Program-made: the position numbers and the translations under genes
Assembly: GCF_964213995.1 (NCBI RefSeq)
Contig: NC_135806.1
Location: forward strand, 104,718,001-104,782,000
Direction: 5' to 3'
Length of the DNA: 64,000 nt
DNA from: Mustelus asterias
Lineage: Eukaryota
The notes under the pieces: model-generated
Told to the model about the DNA's origin: nothing
What the model saw: only the letters and a program-made list of their open reading frames with translations
Databases searched by the model: none
In this document: positions 24,760 through 36,986 of the stretch, one piece after another
Numbering within the stretch: the stretch's first letter is position 1
Layout of the letters: each line of letters opens with the position of its first letter

Positions 24760-27100
24760 AGAAGGCAGTTGTCTATGTTTTAAACAGTCTCTTGTAATTT
24801 GAGGTACAATAGAATGCCCCAAAAAAGGGGATGGTGTGAAGTTGTACTGAACTCTGCCCATAGACAGGCTCATCTGACTGTTTGCCAGGGAACAGAGGAC
24901 CCAGGGCAAACCCCTGTTGAAAGTCAGATGCAAGCTTTAAGGCCTGGACCCAAAGGAGAAGGCAGCTGTTCTTGCTGTTTGCTGACGCACAGATGCTAAG
25001 AGGCAGTCAATCCAAAGGCAGAGTAGACCAGGACAGGTACTGCTATGCTAGGCATAAGGAAATGGGTCAGTAAGCTTTGGCAATCTGAGAGGATTCCTTT
25101 GTACTTGAGTACTTTCAATGCCATGAATTTTGGATTTGTCTTGCAGATCTTTCTAAATCCTTCCATAGGAGTAGCTACGATCACCAACTCAACAATTCTG
25201 TCTGCTAGCACTGTATTTGAAAAATCACAGTACATACCCTTTTCTCTGCATCTGCTGACAAAGTGGTTGATAGATTCCTTGGCTGTTGTCAAATGACATG
25301 AACCCTAGTCGATGAATATGGACATTTGACTTGATTCTGAACCAGTCTTCCAATGTAGTCCATAGCTTTTGGGGATCCTTCAGCTCTTCTGTTAGTCCTG
25401 AGGTGCTCAACCTGTGTAGATCTTTATTCCCAACTGCAAGGCAAATTAATCTGGATTGTTTGGTTCAGATACACTTGAATTAAGAAACAATGGGGGCGAT
25501 TCTCCTATCCCAATGCCGATTTGTGGGATTCGCACATGCATTCCCACCGCGCACATCACCCAGTGCCGGATATCCGGCACCATCGGAACCACGCTAGAAA
25601 CCGGCAGGAACAACAGGTAAGTTATTTAAATATATTTTACATATCTTTTTAATGTGATTAGTGAGCCAGGGACTGAATTCTCCGGGCCCGCTTGCATCTC
25701 CCACCCCCTCAGGAGTATTTCACTCCAACAGGGTCCTGACTAGCTCCCCACTTTCAGGGAACTAGTGGGATGACCCCGCTGGAGTGAAGGGGGGAAATCG
25801 GGGCCCCCCGAGGGGGTCAGGCGGTGGGAGGGTGGTGCCCCCTGGTCATGGGTACCCTGATAGTGCCAGCCTGTGCCCCCGACACTGCCCAAGGGCAGAG
25901 TGCCCATGCCCAGGGGGCACCTTGGCACCACCCCTGGGCGTAAGATGGGACCTAGGGGGCAGGGCCTAGGGGCGATTGGTGGGGGTGGGGAGCCCTGCTG
26001 CCACTCTGCATGGGGATCGGTCAGGACTGGAGGGAGGCCAGTGATCGGGGCGGGCTGGGAGGGGGTGGTCAGAGCGGAGGGGTCTGCCGTGGGGGCGGGG
26101 AGGTGGGGGGGATTGTCACTGCTGGGGCGGGTCGCTCTGGGACAGGTATGAGGTCGGGAATGGACCGCGAATGGACGGGAGGGGGGGCTGCGATCGAGCT
26201 GGCCTGCAAGTGGGAGACTGACATTTCGGGGCCACTGTGCATGCGCAGAGGCCCGCTGGTTTTAGCTTCCCAGGTGGGAATAGGCCTCACCCCCTGAAAT
26301 TTAATGATACTCATGATTGTGGCCTCTGCATTGCACAGAGTGTAGGAGATTCTAATGTGAACTCCCACTAGTTTTCCTGCAAATTCAGCACTTCGAGCTT
26401 TTTTGAGAGAATCGCAGCCCTTGGTTTTGTACACTATTCAAACATTTTAAATTTGGGATAATAGGTTAGCTGCCTCCCAATTCAAACTGGGGAATTCTGT
26501 GCACATTCTGACAATATTCCTTTGATCTTTCTTCTTCTGTAGTACATAGGATGAGTGTAGCTGCTTTCACATGCTTTTCTGAAGCTCTGCCCATGAAGTC
26601 AACTTGTGGTGGGAATGCAGGATGGAGTAATTGGGTCTTTGCCTTTTATTTGATTTATTGTTCCCAACTCCCAAAGCCACCCATTATAATCACAACTTTC
26701 TCTGGTCTGATTTTTACGACTTTATTTTGTATGACTCTCCCTAGCTCCCTGTCGATCCGACCCATACCCTGCTCACTCGCCTTTCCCAATTGAGCTGCGC
26801 GGTTCTAATTCTCTCAATACACTGTCCCACTCATGGAACTGACAGACAATGAGTTACAATCTCACCACGAGGGATTGTCTGCTGATCAACTCTTTACTTG
26901 AGCACTAGCTCATCGCTGTGTCTCCAAAGCTTTTCTTTGCAGTGATTCTGCTGTGTTCTCAGCATGCTACAATGATGCAAGTTCATTGCAGTCTGACCAA
27001 ATCATCGAACATCTTCTCGTGCCATGCAGCATGATCGAAGGTTATTCACCATATTGTAACAACACTTAAACCTGCTGCCACCTGTCTTAATTGATCGCCA
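24760..27100 (-). mobile_element. Gypsy-type LTR retrotransposon leader/gag remnant
   Basis: FPSLNWEAAN..., STSGLTEELKDPQKLW...HIHRL, ESINHFVSRCREKGMYCDFS...RIVELVI; PBS-like tggcgatc at 27093-27100. Confidence 0.65.
25492..26420. mobile_element. GC-rich non-autonomous Harbinger-type element
   Basis: TIRs gggggcgattctcc / gagagaatcgcagccc; interrupts gag. Confidence 0.75.
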
Positions 27101-27579
27101 TGTCGTGTTATCATAATGATGTAAAACCTTGAGCTTATTTGCTGGATAGGACACAGGGCATCAATCACACATAAGGGCCTGGGTAAACATATTGTGGATT
27201 GATCTATTAAGACTAGGGCCAGAATTTGCCAGCTGCTCATGCAAGTGGGATCTTCTGGTCCCATGGGCAGCACACCCCACCGTGGGTTTCCTGGCGGCAT
27301 GGGGTGCAGTCAATGGGAAATCTCATTGACAACGCGGACTAGAAGATCCCGCTACAGGCAACAGCACACCATCTCCTGCTGTGAGAAACACACTGCGGGG
27401 AGGCCAGGGAATCCTCTGCTTGGGACATGAGAACAGTTATACAAAGGTACAAAGCTTGAAGGTGTCAGAGCTGTGTGTATTTGCTCCACTCAAAGCAAAA
27501 TTGAAACAAAGCTGGATCACATGGCACATTTCCCTTCTAGTGATGTCATGCTAATATCCCTTAAAGGTACATTGCAACA
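27101..27579 (-). repeat. Gypsy 5' LTR (contains a MITE)
   Basis: TGT...ACA; colinear with 51512-51777 (gatcacatggca...atatcccttaaagg). Confidence 0.65.
27216..27420. mobile_element. ~200-bp MITE
   Basis: Starts gggccagaatttgccagctg; central gtcaatgggaaatctcattgac; sister of 53251-53457. Confidence 0.65.
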
Positions 27580-27739
27580 TCACCTAGACTGTTCATTGGC
27601 TGTACCTTTTAGCATAGGGTCAAAGATCATTAATAACTCACAGAATTTAAAGCTAGCTGGCACTGCTTAAAGTTAGTATGCATCCCTTAAAGGTGAGGTG
27701 CTGGGAATCACTGTACAAGCGAACCTGCACTGGGAAAGA

Positions 27740-29300
27740 ATAAAGAATGACTGAGGAAGGGAGAGGGGAGGCTCAACATTTTCAGACATTGCACTTGATG
27801 TCTTTGTGGAGGAGGTGGAAAGGAGGATAAAATTCCATGTAACCTCAGTGAGGGTGGGAGGGAGCGGGACAAGAGATCCTCCAGAAACACAATGAGAAGA
27901 TGGTGGAAACAGATAACCGTGGAGGTCAATGCCAGGAATCGAGCCCTGAAGACCTGGATTCTGTCCCGCAAGAAATTTAATGACCAGTGGTCAAGATCAG
28001 TGAATGCATCATCAAATGCCATATCCTACCAATTACACTACTAGCCCCGCACAATGTTCAATTAAACCACATCAGCTCTCAATAATCTCTATATACCACC
28101 TCACCCTCACATACTTAGCACTGCAGCAAGCCTCAAACACATAATCACAGCTCGCACACACCACTAGCTATTCACCTATGAATGCCATATCACCAAAATT
28201 TATTGCAAAACACTCACTGACATACTTCCGTCTCTCTTGCAGGAGAAAGTGACACACAGAGGCAGCAGAAACTAAATGGGCAAGGAGAGCAGGACTGCGT
28301 GTCTTAACTCTCATCAAGGAGAGGATGCTGGGCAATATGGAAATGTAATTGCTGAGGCTATGGTCTTGGGGACCAGCAGGGCTGAATCCATTGAAGATGA
28401 CAGTTTCCTTCCTCCCTATCTTCCTTTTCACATCCACCTACGCCCTCATCCCTAACTCACTTAGTTAAAGTTTATTTATTTGTCACAAGTAGGCTGACAT
28501 TAACACTGCCATGAAGTTACTATGAAAATCCCCTGGTTGCCACACTACGGCACCTGTTCAGGTACACTGAGGGAGAATTTAGCATGGTCAATGCACCTAA
28601 CCCGCATGTCTTTCGGACTGTGGGAGGAAACCGGAGCAACAGGAGGAAACCCACGCAGACATGTCCACACAGACAGTGACCCAAACCAGGAATCAAAGCA
28701 GGGTCCCTGGCGCTGGGAGGCAGCATTACCATCCACTGTGCCACCATGCCCCACTTCTGATCAACAAGTTGCAGATTGTGTAAGTATACACCTCTTACTT
28801 TCCTCTCTCCCCCTCACCACAATACACTGCTTATCCCTTTGTCTTTTCAGACATCCAGGAAGTGCAACATCTTCAGACAGTGATGGAAGAGCAGGAGGAC
28901 ACTGAAGACGAAGAGATACAGTCACTTGATTTCACACTCGCAGTCACCAGCTTAGATACTGACACTTGTGAATTAATGGGGATAGAATAGCAGTTGGACC
29001 TGCATACGTTGAGACACTGAATACAAGTGAGCTGCCGACAGGACAGGGAGAAAGGGAGTGAGTGCAAGTGCCAGTTGCCGGAGAGTGAGGCTGCGTGCTA
29101 GTTCTAGCACTAAGGATTCAGATGAGTCCGTTCTTTGCGTTTGACTACAGATAAGGGTGTACACATTGAAATGCTTGGTGCATTGGAAAAGTTTGGTAAA
29201 AAGCCAGCATACAATTTCAAGGCACAAACTTGGCATTTTGTGAAATACTTGCAGCCTATTCTTTCCATCATGGAACTGGTGGCCTCCCTTTCTTTTCCTC
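27740..29300 (+). pseudogene. Harbinger Myb/SANT-like gene remnant with apparent exons
   Basis: FSDIALDVFVEEVERR...WWKQITVEVNARNRALKTWILSRKKFND; acceptor-like ctcttgcag|gagaaagtg (~28243) and cttttcag|acatcc (~28851). Confidence 0.7.
28467..28751 (-). mobile_element. HE1-like V-SINE, tail type B
   Basis: Same organisation as 3255-3557. Confidence 0.85.
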
Positions 29301-29329
29301 TCTTACGCCTCTCCTCTTCCTGGTACTCC

Positions 29330-30900
29330 TTCTGGACCTCCTCCATTTCCTTGTGCTCCTGCTCTACAGCTTCCTGGCTTATAGGTGGTGGTAAAGGCTA
29401 TTCCCTCATGATTGTGCAGCAAACAGCAGGCTGCTCCACATCTTGAGACTTGCCCAGTGGAGCAGGGATCCTTCAGAGCACGCTCTGTAGTGGCGTTGTT
29501 GTTTCAGAATGTCAGTGGTCTGCTCTATCAGATTTCTTGTGGCAGCGTGCCTCTCAGTGGCTGTGTATTGGAATCATGAGTCATGTCATCTCCAGATAGC
29601 CATTGTCGCCCGGGAGCCACCATTAAGCTTGACATAGTGGTTGAAATACAGCTCGTACGGAGGAATGGTGATAAATAAATGATACCAGCCACACATTGAG
29701 GGAGTGGAGTACCTTTCATTTCCAATACATAGCAGAGTTGACAGGAGATGCAAGCAAAACAACATGTGTGCAGTCTATGGCACCTTTCACCATGGGGAAA
29801 CTTGTAATACTTATGAATCCTTATGTTCGCACTGCCTGCTTCTTTCCAGCAAGAGGAAATGAAATGATGTTATCTCTTTTTGAATAGGGAGCTTCAGTGA
29901 CCTCCCTTTAAAAGCAGTGCAATGGTCAAGATCTTCAAGTTTTTTGGTGTCCAGATCACCAACAACCTGTCCTGGTCCCTCCATGAGGATGCTATAGTTA
30001 AGAAAGCCCACCAACGCCTCTACGTTCTCAAAAGACTAAGGAAATTTGGTATGTCTGCTACAACGCTCACCAACTTTTACAGATGCACCATAGAAAGCAT
30101 TCTTTGCAGTTGTATCAGAGCTTGGTATGGATCCTGCTCTGTCCAAGACTGCAAGAAATTACAAAGGGTCATGAATGTAGCCCAATCCATCACGCAAACC
30201 AGCCTCCCATCCATTGACATTGTCAACACTTCCTGCTGTCTCAGAAAAGCAGCCAGCATAATCAAAGACTCCACACACCACAGGCATTCTCTCTTCCACC
30301 TTCTCCCATTGGGAAAAAGATACAAAAGTTTGAGATCACATACCAACCAACTCAAGAACAGTTTCTTTCCTGCTGCCATCAGACTTTTAAATGGACCTAT
30401 CTTGCACTAAGTTGATCTTTCTCTGCACCTTAGCTATGACTGTAACACTACATTCTGCACTCTCTCCTTTCCTTCCCTTCCCTATGTACAGTTTGCTTTG
30501 TCTGTATAGCGCACAAGAAAGAATACTTTTCATTGTATACTAATACATGTGACAATAATAAATCAAATCAAAATCACTTACCTCCACACCAGCATGGAAG
30601 AAGCCGGACGTACAAAGGTTCATAGCCACAGTTATGTTCACAGCCACTAGCAATGAGGTCCTTGTCTAGCCACAAGGACATGGAAATCCTTGGTTGGAGG
30701 AGGTGGAGTGCTGCATATTGACAGGTTTCAGTGATGACCTCCTTAGTGAAGCACTGACACCTCAAACATTGTTCATTGCTGAAGCTTATGTCGGATTTCT
30801 GGTTGGATTTAGCCTTCTGCTGAGGTCCCTTCTTTCTCTTCTCCTCACTACTCCTCCAGAAATGTGTCCTGCTCTGCATGGCCTCTCTTTATTCACCTAG
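29330..30900 (-). pseudogene. Harbinger (HARBI1-like) DDE transposase remnant, split by Rex1
   Basis: SNEQCLRCQCFTKEVITE; VAVNITVAMNLCTSGFF; FPMVKGAIDCTHV; HSLNV; WLPGDNGY; HAATRNLIEQT; ACCLLHN, all in the correct order. Confidence 0.85.
29926..30574 (+). mobile_element. Rex1/Babar-type LINE 3' fragment
   Basis: FKFFGVQITNNLSWS...KKAHQRLYVLKRLRKF...FYRCTIESIL...NSFFPAAIRLLN; (caaat)n tail. Confidence 0.88.
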
Positions 30901-32002
30901 TTATGTTTGGTTTTAAGAGAAAGTTCTGTTAATGCAGCCATATCGATCCAAAAGCAAAAGTTTGTGCAGATACTTTGAAGTTACTGAAAAGAAATCCTAA
31001 TAGCAATGAGCACTACCAAGTTCAATTTTAACCCAATGTCTGTTTAACTGCTGGATATCTTGTGTATGTTTCCACCATCAGTACTATGCATATCAGTCCT
31101 CCCATGGGTGTGCTATTGTATTTTAAACATCATAAAGCTTCAAAGTTTGATATTCAATACCTAAAGGCCTAACCTTTTTAAAAGCAATTTAAAATTCTGT
31201 TTCTACAGATGTTCTCATGAACATTTGAATCTTGTTCTGCTATGCAAAACTACATGCATTAGCATCTACTAAGTGTTGGTAGTGAAGGAAAACATTTTTA
31301 AAATTAACATGCACAGTATATGAATAACAAATCTGTAAATGGATGATGTGGTTAATTCCCCAATGTTTCTCTTGTCGACATTTATCATCGAATATGTTAT
31401 ATGTGTTAATACTTTGCTGCTTTCTGCAAGTTTTTAATGTGGAAAACGAAAGAAATTTGAGACAATATTTTCCTGATGTCATGGTTCACTATGGATTTTA
31501 CTGGTACCAGTTTAATATGAGATTCCTGCCAGATGTATTACAAGTTTACAATCTGTGTTAATATCAAGTGTAAGCATTCATCAATACCCAACTAAAAAAC
31601 AAAACAAGAGAATTTTTGGCAGCAGGTTCAGGCGCTGAAGATCCTCCGGGTTGACGGCTTGAGCTGAAAAGCTGGTTTAGTCCAAGTCATTCAGCATCTA
31701 CAGTAAGATACCACTTTGGTAAAGGAGTTGAAGCTTGCGCTATGAATGGCTAGATCATTAAAGGGCTGATTGTCATTTAAGTGACATGTGTGTCATAGAC
31801 AGGAGAGAGAAGTGGGATAATTTCTCCCTTTTACCCATCTCACGACTGACTGCAACAAGGTGTATTTTTGAGAAGGAATGTTTTAATCCTTTGACTTTAA
31901 AGCACAGACAGGAAACAGGCTTTCTTATAAATAAATGATAAATATTTAATCTTCACAACACCTACACTGTAAATGCAACAAACATTCATTCTTCAAACAC
32001 AT

Positions 32003-32208
32003 AGTAAGAAGTATCACAACACCAGGTAAAAGTCCAAAAAGTATCACGAACTTTCGGAACGCTGCTCCTTCATCAGGCTCCTTCATCACTCACCTGATGA
32101 AGGAGCAGCACTCCAAAAGCTCGTGATACCAAATAAACCTGTTGACTTTAACCTGGTGTTGTGACACTTTTAATTGTGCCCAGCCCAGTCCAATGCTGGC
32201 ATCTCCTC
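32003..32208. mobile_element. Penelope-like element terminal repeats in inverted pair
   Basis: cacaacaccagg.../...cctggtgttgtg inverted arms carrying decayed hammerhead motifs. Confidence 0.8.
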
Positions 32209-32214
32209 AAAAAC

Positions 32215-32652
32215 ATAGTATTAGAAGGTTGGATGGAGAGAAATTTGTTGAGTGTATTCAAGAGGAAATTCTCATTCAGTATGTGGATGGCCCGGCTAGA
32301 GAGGGGGCAAAACTTGACCACCCTCTTGGGAAATAAGGAAGGGCAGGTAACAGAAGTGTTAGTGAGGGATCACTTTGGGACCAGTGACCATAATTCTATT
32401 AGTTTTAAGATAGCTATGGAGAATGATAGGTCTGGCCCAAAAGTTAAAATTCTAAATTGGGGCAAGGCCAATTTTGATGGTATCAGGCAGGAACTGTCAA
32501 AAGTTAATTGGGGGAGTCTGTAGGAAGGCAAAGGGACGTCTGGTAAATGGGAGGCTTTCAAAAGTGTGTTAACCTGGGTTCAGGGTAAGCACATTCCTCT
32601 TAGAGTGAAGGGCAAGACTGGTAGAAGTAGGGAACCCTGGGTGACTCGTGAT
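32215..32652 (+). mobile_element. CR1 endonuclease C-terminal fragment
   Basis: QYVDGPAREGAKLD; HFGTSDHNSISF; LNWGKANF; REPW. Confidence 0.85.
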
Positions 32653-34230
32653 GCTTTCCCTAATCAAAAGTGCAACTCCCCCTCCTCTCTTACCTTCTGT
32701 TCTATCTTTCCTATAGCATCTGTACCCTGGAACATTGAGCTGCCAGTCCTGTCCCTCCCTTAGCCATGTTTCAGTCATTGCTATAATATCCCAGTCCCAC
32801 GTACCCATCCATGCCCTGAGTTCATCTGCCTTGCCCGTCAGGCCTCTTGCATTGAAATAAATGCAGTTTAATCTGGACTTCCCTTGCTCTCTGTCTTGCT
32901 TCTGTCTGATCTGTCTGGTACTAGGATTACTGACACTGTCTTTACTAATTAATGTGCTTTCTTTGACTTCCGTGCTGTCCTCAAACTTCTCTTCTGTCTC
33001 CCTACTGCTTTGGATCCCACCCCCCCTGCCAAACTAGTTTAAATCCTCCCGAGTGGCTCTCGCAAAACTCCTCGCCAGGATGTTAGTCCCCCTCCAGTTC
33101 AAATGTAACCCATCCCTCTTGAACAGATCAGCCCTTCCCCAGAAAAGATCCCAATGATCCAAAAATCCCTGCCCCCTGCATCAGCTCTCAAGCCAGGCAT
33201 TCATCTGCCTAATCCTCCTATTCCTACTCTCACTAGCACGTGGTACCGGTAGTAGTCCTGAAATTACTACCTTTGAGGTCCTGAACTTTAGTCTTCTGCC
33301 TAACTCTCTATATTCACATTTCAGGACCTCATCCCTTTTCCCACCTATGTTGTTGGTACCAATATGTACAACGACCTCTGGCTGCTCACCCTCCCCCTTA
33401 AGAATGTCCTGCAATCGCTCAGAGACGACCTTGACCCTGGCACCAGGGAGGCAACACACCATCCTGGAGTCTCGATTGCGGCCACAGAAATGCCTATCCG
33501 TGCCTCTAACTAGCGAGTCCCCTATTACTACTGCTCGCTTGCTCTTTGCCCAACCCTTTCCCACAGCAGAACCAGCTGTGGTGTCACAGGCCTGGCTGCT
33601 GCTGGTATCTCCCCCTGACAGGTTATCCCCCTCAACAGCATCCAAAATGATATGCCTGTTTGAAAGGGGAAAAGACACAGGAAACTCCTGCACCACCTGC
33701 CTGCCTCTCCTGGCAGTCACCCATCTACCTGTCTGACCCTGTGGTGTGACAACCTCCCTGTAACTAGTGTCTATCACACTCTCTGCCTCCTGTATGCTCC
33801 GCAGTGCATCCACCTGCCGCTCCAACCGAACAATGCAGTCTGTGAGTAGCTGCAACTGGACTCACTTCCAGCAGACAAAGTTGTTAGGGAGACTAGATTG
33901 CTCCCTAATTGCCCACATCTGGCAAGAGAAGCATACCACTGCCCTAGCTGCCATTTTGCCCTTATACGGATAGAAAAAATTGCAACTCACCTCTCCCTTG
34001 CTTGTGGTCCTCCTGCCAACTTTTTTTTTGGTTAGAGGAGGAGGGAGGGAGGGAAACATTGAAGTAGTGTTTGGGGGTTAAGTGTCCCTTCACAGCAGCT
34101 CCTCCACAAACCACCTTCTGGTCACAGTGACCTGCAACCGCCAATCACCTTTGCCGGTAAGTTAGTTTAATACTCACAGTTATGCTCAGCTCCGCCCTCC
34201 GACCGCTCCCTGCAGACGAGGCCAGTTACT
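32648..34230 (-). mobile_element. CR1 5' portion: 5'UTR, ORF1 and endonuclease start
   Basis: ORF1 followed by YFNARGL...WDIIAMTETW...GGGVALLI. Confidence 0.88.
33035..33952 (-). pseudogene. CR1 ORF1 (Cys-rich N-terminus, coiled coil, SGNH esterase)
   Basis: MAARAVVCFSCQMW; VIGDSLVRG; CLPGARV; VHIGTNNIG; DGLHLN; one stop and a small deletion. Confidence 0.85.
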
Positions 34231-34335
34231 GCTGGAGCTGTGAAAAGAACCTCTGAAATACATTGGGAAACTTTCTGGGGCACTTTGGCACAATATCACC
34301 AACACTCAAGGAGTATTTACAGTCATAGGGTCATA

Positions 34336-34967
34336 GGCTGGAACTTTACAGTCTTCAGGGGGTGGGATGGAAAGAGGAGGTGGATAAAGCACTGCCACCT
34401 ACCCACTCCTGCCCATACATGCTGTGATTTTACTCACTGTAGGGGAGGTGTGGGTGGCCTGCTTGCCAATCTAAGTCCTTAATTGGTCAATTAGTGAACT
34501 TAGCATTGCTGAGATTTTAGCCACAGTGGTAAAGGCCAGCACCAAGTGTCCAGGCTGTCAGGTTTTACCTGATGGACTGGTGGTTTGGCAAGGAGAGTGC
34601 ACCTCTTTTTTGGGTGTCTATCGGAGGCCCCCTCAAGGTAATTCTCAACCCCCACCCAGCTATCCTTTCTTCTCCTGTCCAAACAATCCTAGCCCTTCAA
34701 TGTTCTCATTGACTTTCCTTTAAATTTGGGCTTCAACAGCATCTCCTCTTCAGGACTGCATGCTATCCCAGCAATTGCCACTGGTCCTGGTGGCGCTGCT
34801 GGGACAAGAGCGATGTGGGTCTTCTGATTGACTGGTAGCTTCTAACTGCAGGAATTTCTCTCCAATAGGGAAGGAAGATCTGCCTTGAGCCAATTTTACA
34901 TCCGTAAAAGGCTCTGGGGCAAGCTTGCTAAGTGGGCAGGGATCCACTCCAACATAAAATTCAGTCT
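34336..34967. mobile_element. Decayed Harbinger-type MITE
   Basis: TIR-like ggctggaactttac / ataaaattcagtct, ata flanks; similar layout to 6868-9710. Confidence 0.55.
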
Positions 34968-35580
34968 ATAGAGTTAGCCATTCAGAAGACAGCCATTCAG
35001 CCTATTGAGTCAGTTACTAGCTCTCTGTAGAGTAATCCAATCAGTTCCATCCCCCGTTCTAACTTTATAAGTTTATCTCCCACAACTGCCCATCAAATTT
35101 CATTTTGAGATCATTTATCGTCACTGTTTTCACCACCCTCATGGGCAGCAACCCGAGATCATTGCCACTCACTGCATAAAATAGTTCTTTCTCACATTCC
35201 CCAAGCATCTCTTTCCTGAAACCTTAAGTCTATGTTCCTCTAGTCCTTATACCACCAACTAATGGGAACACCTTTTCTTTGGCTATTTTACCCTAATCTG
35301 CCATAATCTTGTACGTCCATATCAATTCTCCCCTCAGCCACTTTTGCTCCAAGGGGAACAACTTCAAACTCTCTAACCTAACCTTTTTGCTAAAATGTTT
35401 CATCACTGGAACCATTTTAATAAATTTCCTCTGCATCTTCTCAAGGACCCTTACATTGTTCCTAAAGTGTGGTTACCAGACCAATACTCTTGTTGTGGTC
35501 TAACCAGAGGTTTCACACAGATTTAGCATACCTTTCCTGCTTTTGTACTCAACATCTCTATGTATGAAACCCAAGGTCAT
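34968..35580 (-). mobile_element. Old CR1 3' fragment
   Basis: Reverse-strand CR1 C-terminus and 3'UTR. Confidence 0.7.
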
Positions 35581-35699
35581 TCCAGAAATTCTCTGAGTAC
35601 CACTTAAAATAATGCAAAATATTACTGAGATAATAAAACAATTATAAATCATAAATAGGGTAATAGATCTTAGGATTGGAAGAGTTTTAGAAACCAACA

Positions 35700-36960
35700 A
35701 ATAGCTTCCAGAAAATTGATAAAAGGGAGAAAATAGAATATGAGCTACTATGAGACTAGGTGGAAATGTTAAATAAACAGAATATAAGAGCTTCTACAAG
35801 TATGTAGAAAGGAAAAAGTAGGTATCAGTCCCTTAGAAACTGAGACAGGAGAACAGGGAATAAGGAAATGGCACATAAATAAATGATTTTTGTCTGTCTT
35901 CCCAGTAGAATACCAGGTTAAAGTCCAACAGGTTTATTTGGAATCACGAGCTTTCGGAGCACTGCTCCTTCATCAGCTGAGTCCACTCACTTTAACCTGG
36001 TGTTGTGAGACTTCTCACTGTGCCCACCCCAGTCCAATGCCGGCATCTCCACATCATGGCTATCACTGACACCGCAAATCACCAGCTCACCTGATGAAGG
36101 AGCAGCGTTTTGAAAGCTCGTGATTCCAAATAAACCTGTTGGACTTTAACCTGGTGTTGTGAGACTTTTTATTGTGCCCACCCATCTCCACATCAAGGCT
36201 TCACAGTAGAAAGCACAATAGCTATACCAGAAACATTGGAGAGCCAGGGTCCAATAAAGTGAGGAACTTAGAGTGATTAATATTACTAAGAAAAAAGTGC
36301 TGGAGAAATTAATGGGTCCAGAAGCCACCAAATCCTCAGGACCTGATACCCTATATACTAGAGTTCGAAAGCACATGGCTGAAGCGATAGTAACTGCACT
36401 GCATGTGATTGTCCAACATTCCCTAGATTCTGGAGAACTCCCAGTGGAGTGGAAAGTAGGAAACTTCGGCACAGGCATATCTCTTTTCAAGAAAAGGAAA
36501 GAGAGGGAGAACAGGGGATTACAGGCAGGTTAGTCTGAAGTCAGTACTGGGAAAATTGTTGGAATCTATTTTCAAGGAACTGGTAAAAAAGACACTTAGA
36601 GAATCATAATATGATTATGTAGAGTCAGCATAGTTTTGTGAAAGTGAGATTGCATTTGACAAATCTATTAGAGCATTTTGTAGATGAAACTAAGAGTAGA
36701 TGAAGGGGAATCAATTATTGTTGTATACTTGGATTTCCAAAAGGTTGTGGGCAACATATTGAAATAGATAAAGTATTGATGAAAGAGCAAAAATAGAGAG
36801 TAGGAGTAAATGGGTAATTTTCAGGTTGGCAGGGTGTTACTAATGGGAAACTGCCGAGATCAGTCCTGGGTCTTAAACTTTTTACAATCTGTATGAATGA
36901 TTTAGATGTAAGGACCAATGTTTTGTATCCACCTTTTCTAATAATACAAAATGAGGTGGG
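35700..36960 (+). mobile_element. Heavily decayed CR1 RT fragment
   Basis: ITKKKVLEKLMG..KSSGPD..., gtcagcatagttttgtg, ttggatttccaaaagg. Confidence 0.7.
35911..36198. mobile_element. Penelope-like repeat cluster (one inverted + two direct units)
   Basis: 13-bp TSD cttc(c/a)cagtagaa at 35898-35910 and 36199-36211; hammerhead motifs on both strands. Confidence 0.8.
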
Positions 36961-36986
36961 TGAGCTTTCAGGAAGACAAAAAATTC

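Noticed and set aside
26943-27040. Exon-like stretch after ttttctttgcag
   Set aside because: The donor is weak and the segment lies in the antisense leader of the Gypsy remnant
31787-32000. Possible LTR fragment
   Set aside because: Only a TGT start and general composition support it; no matching end or TSD was found
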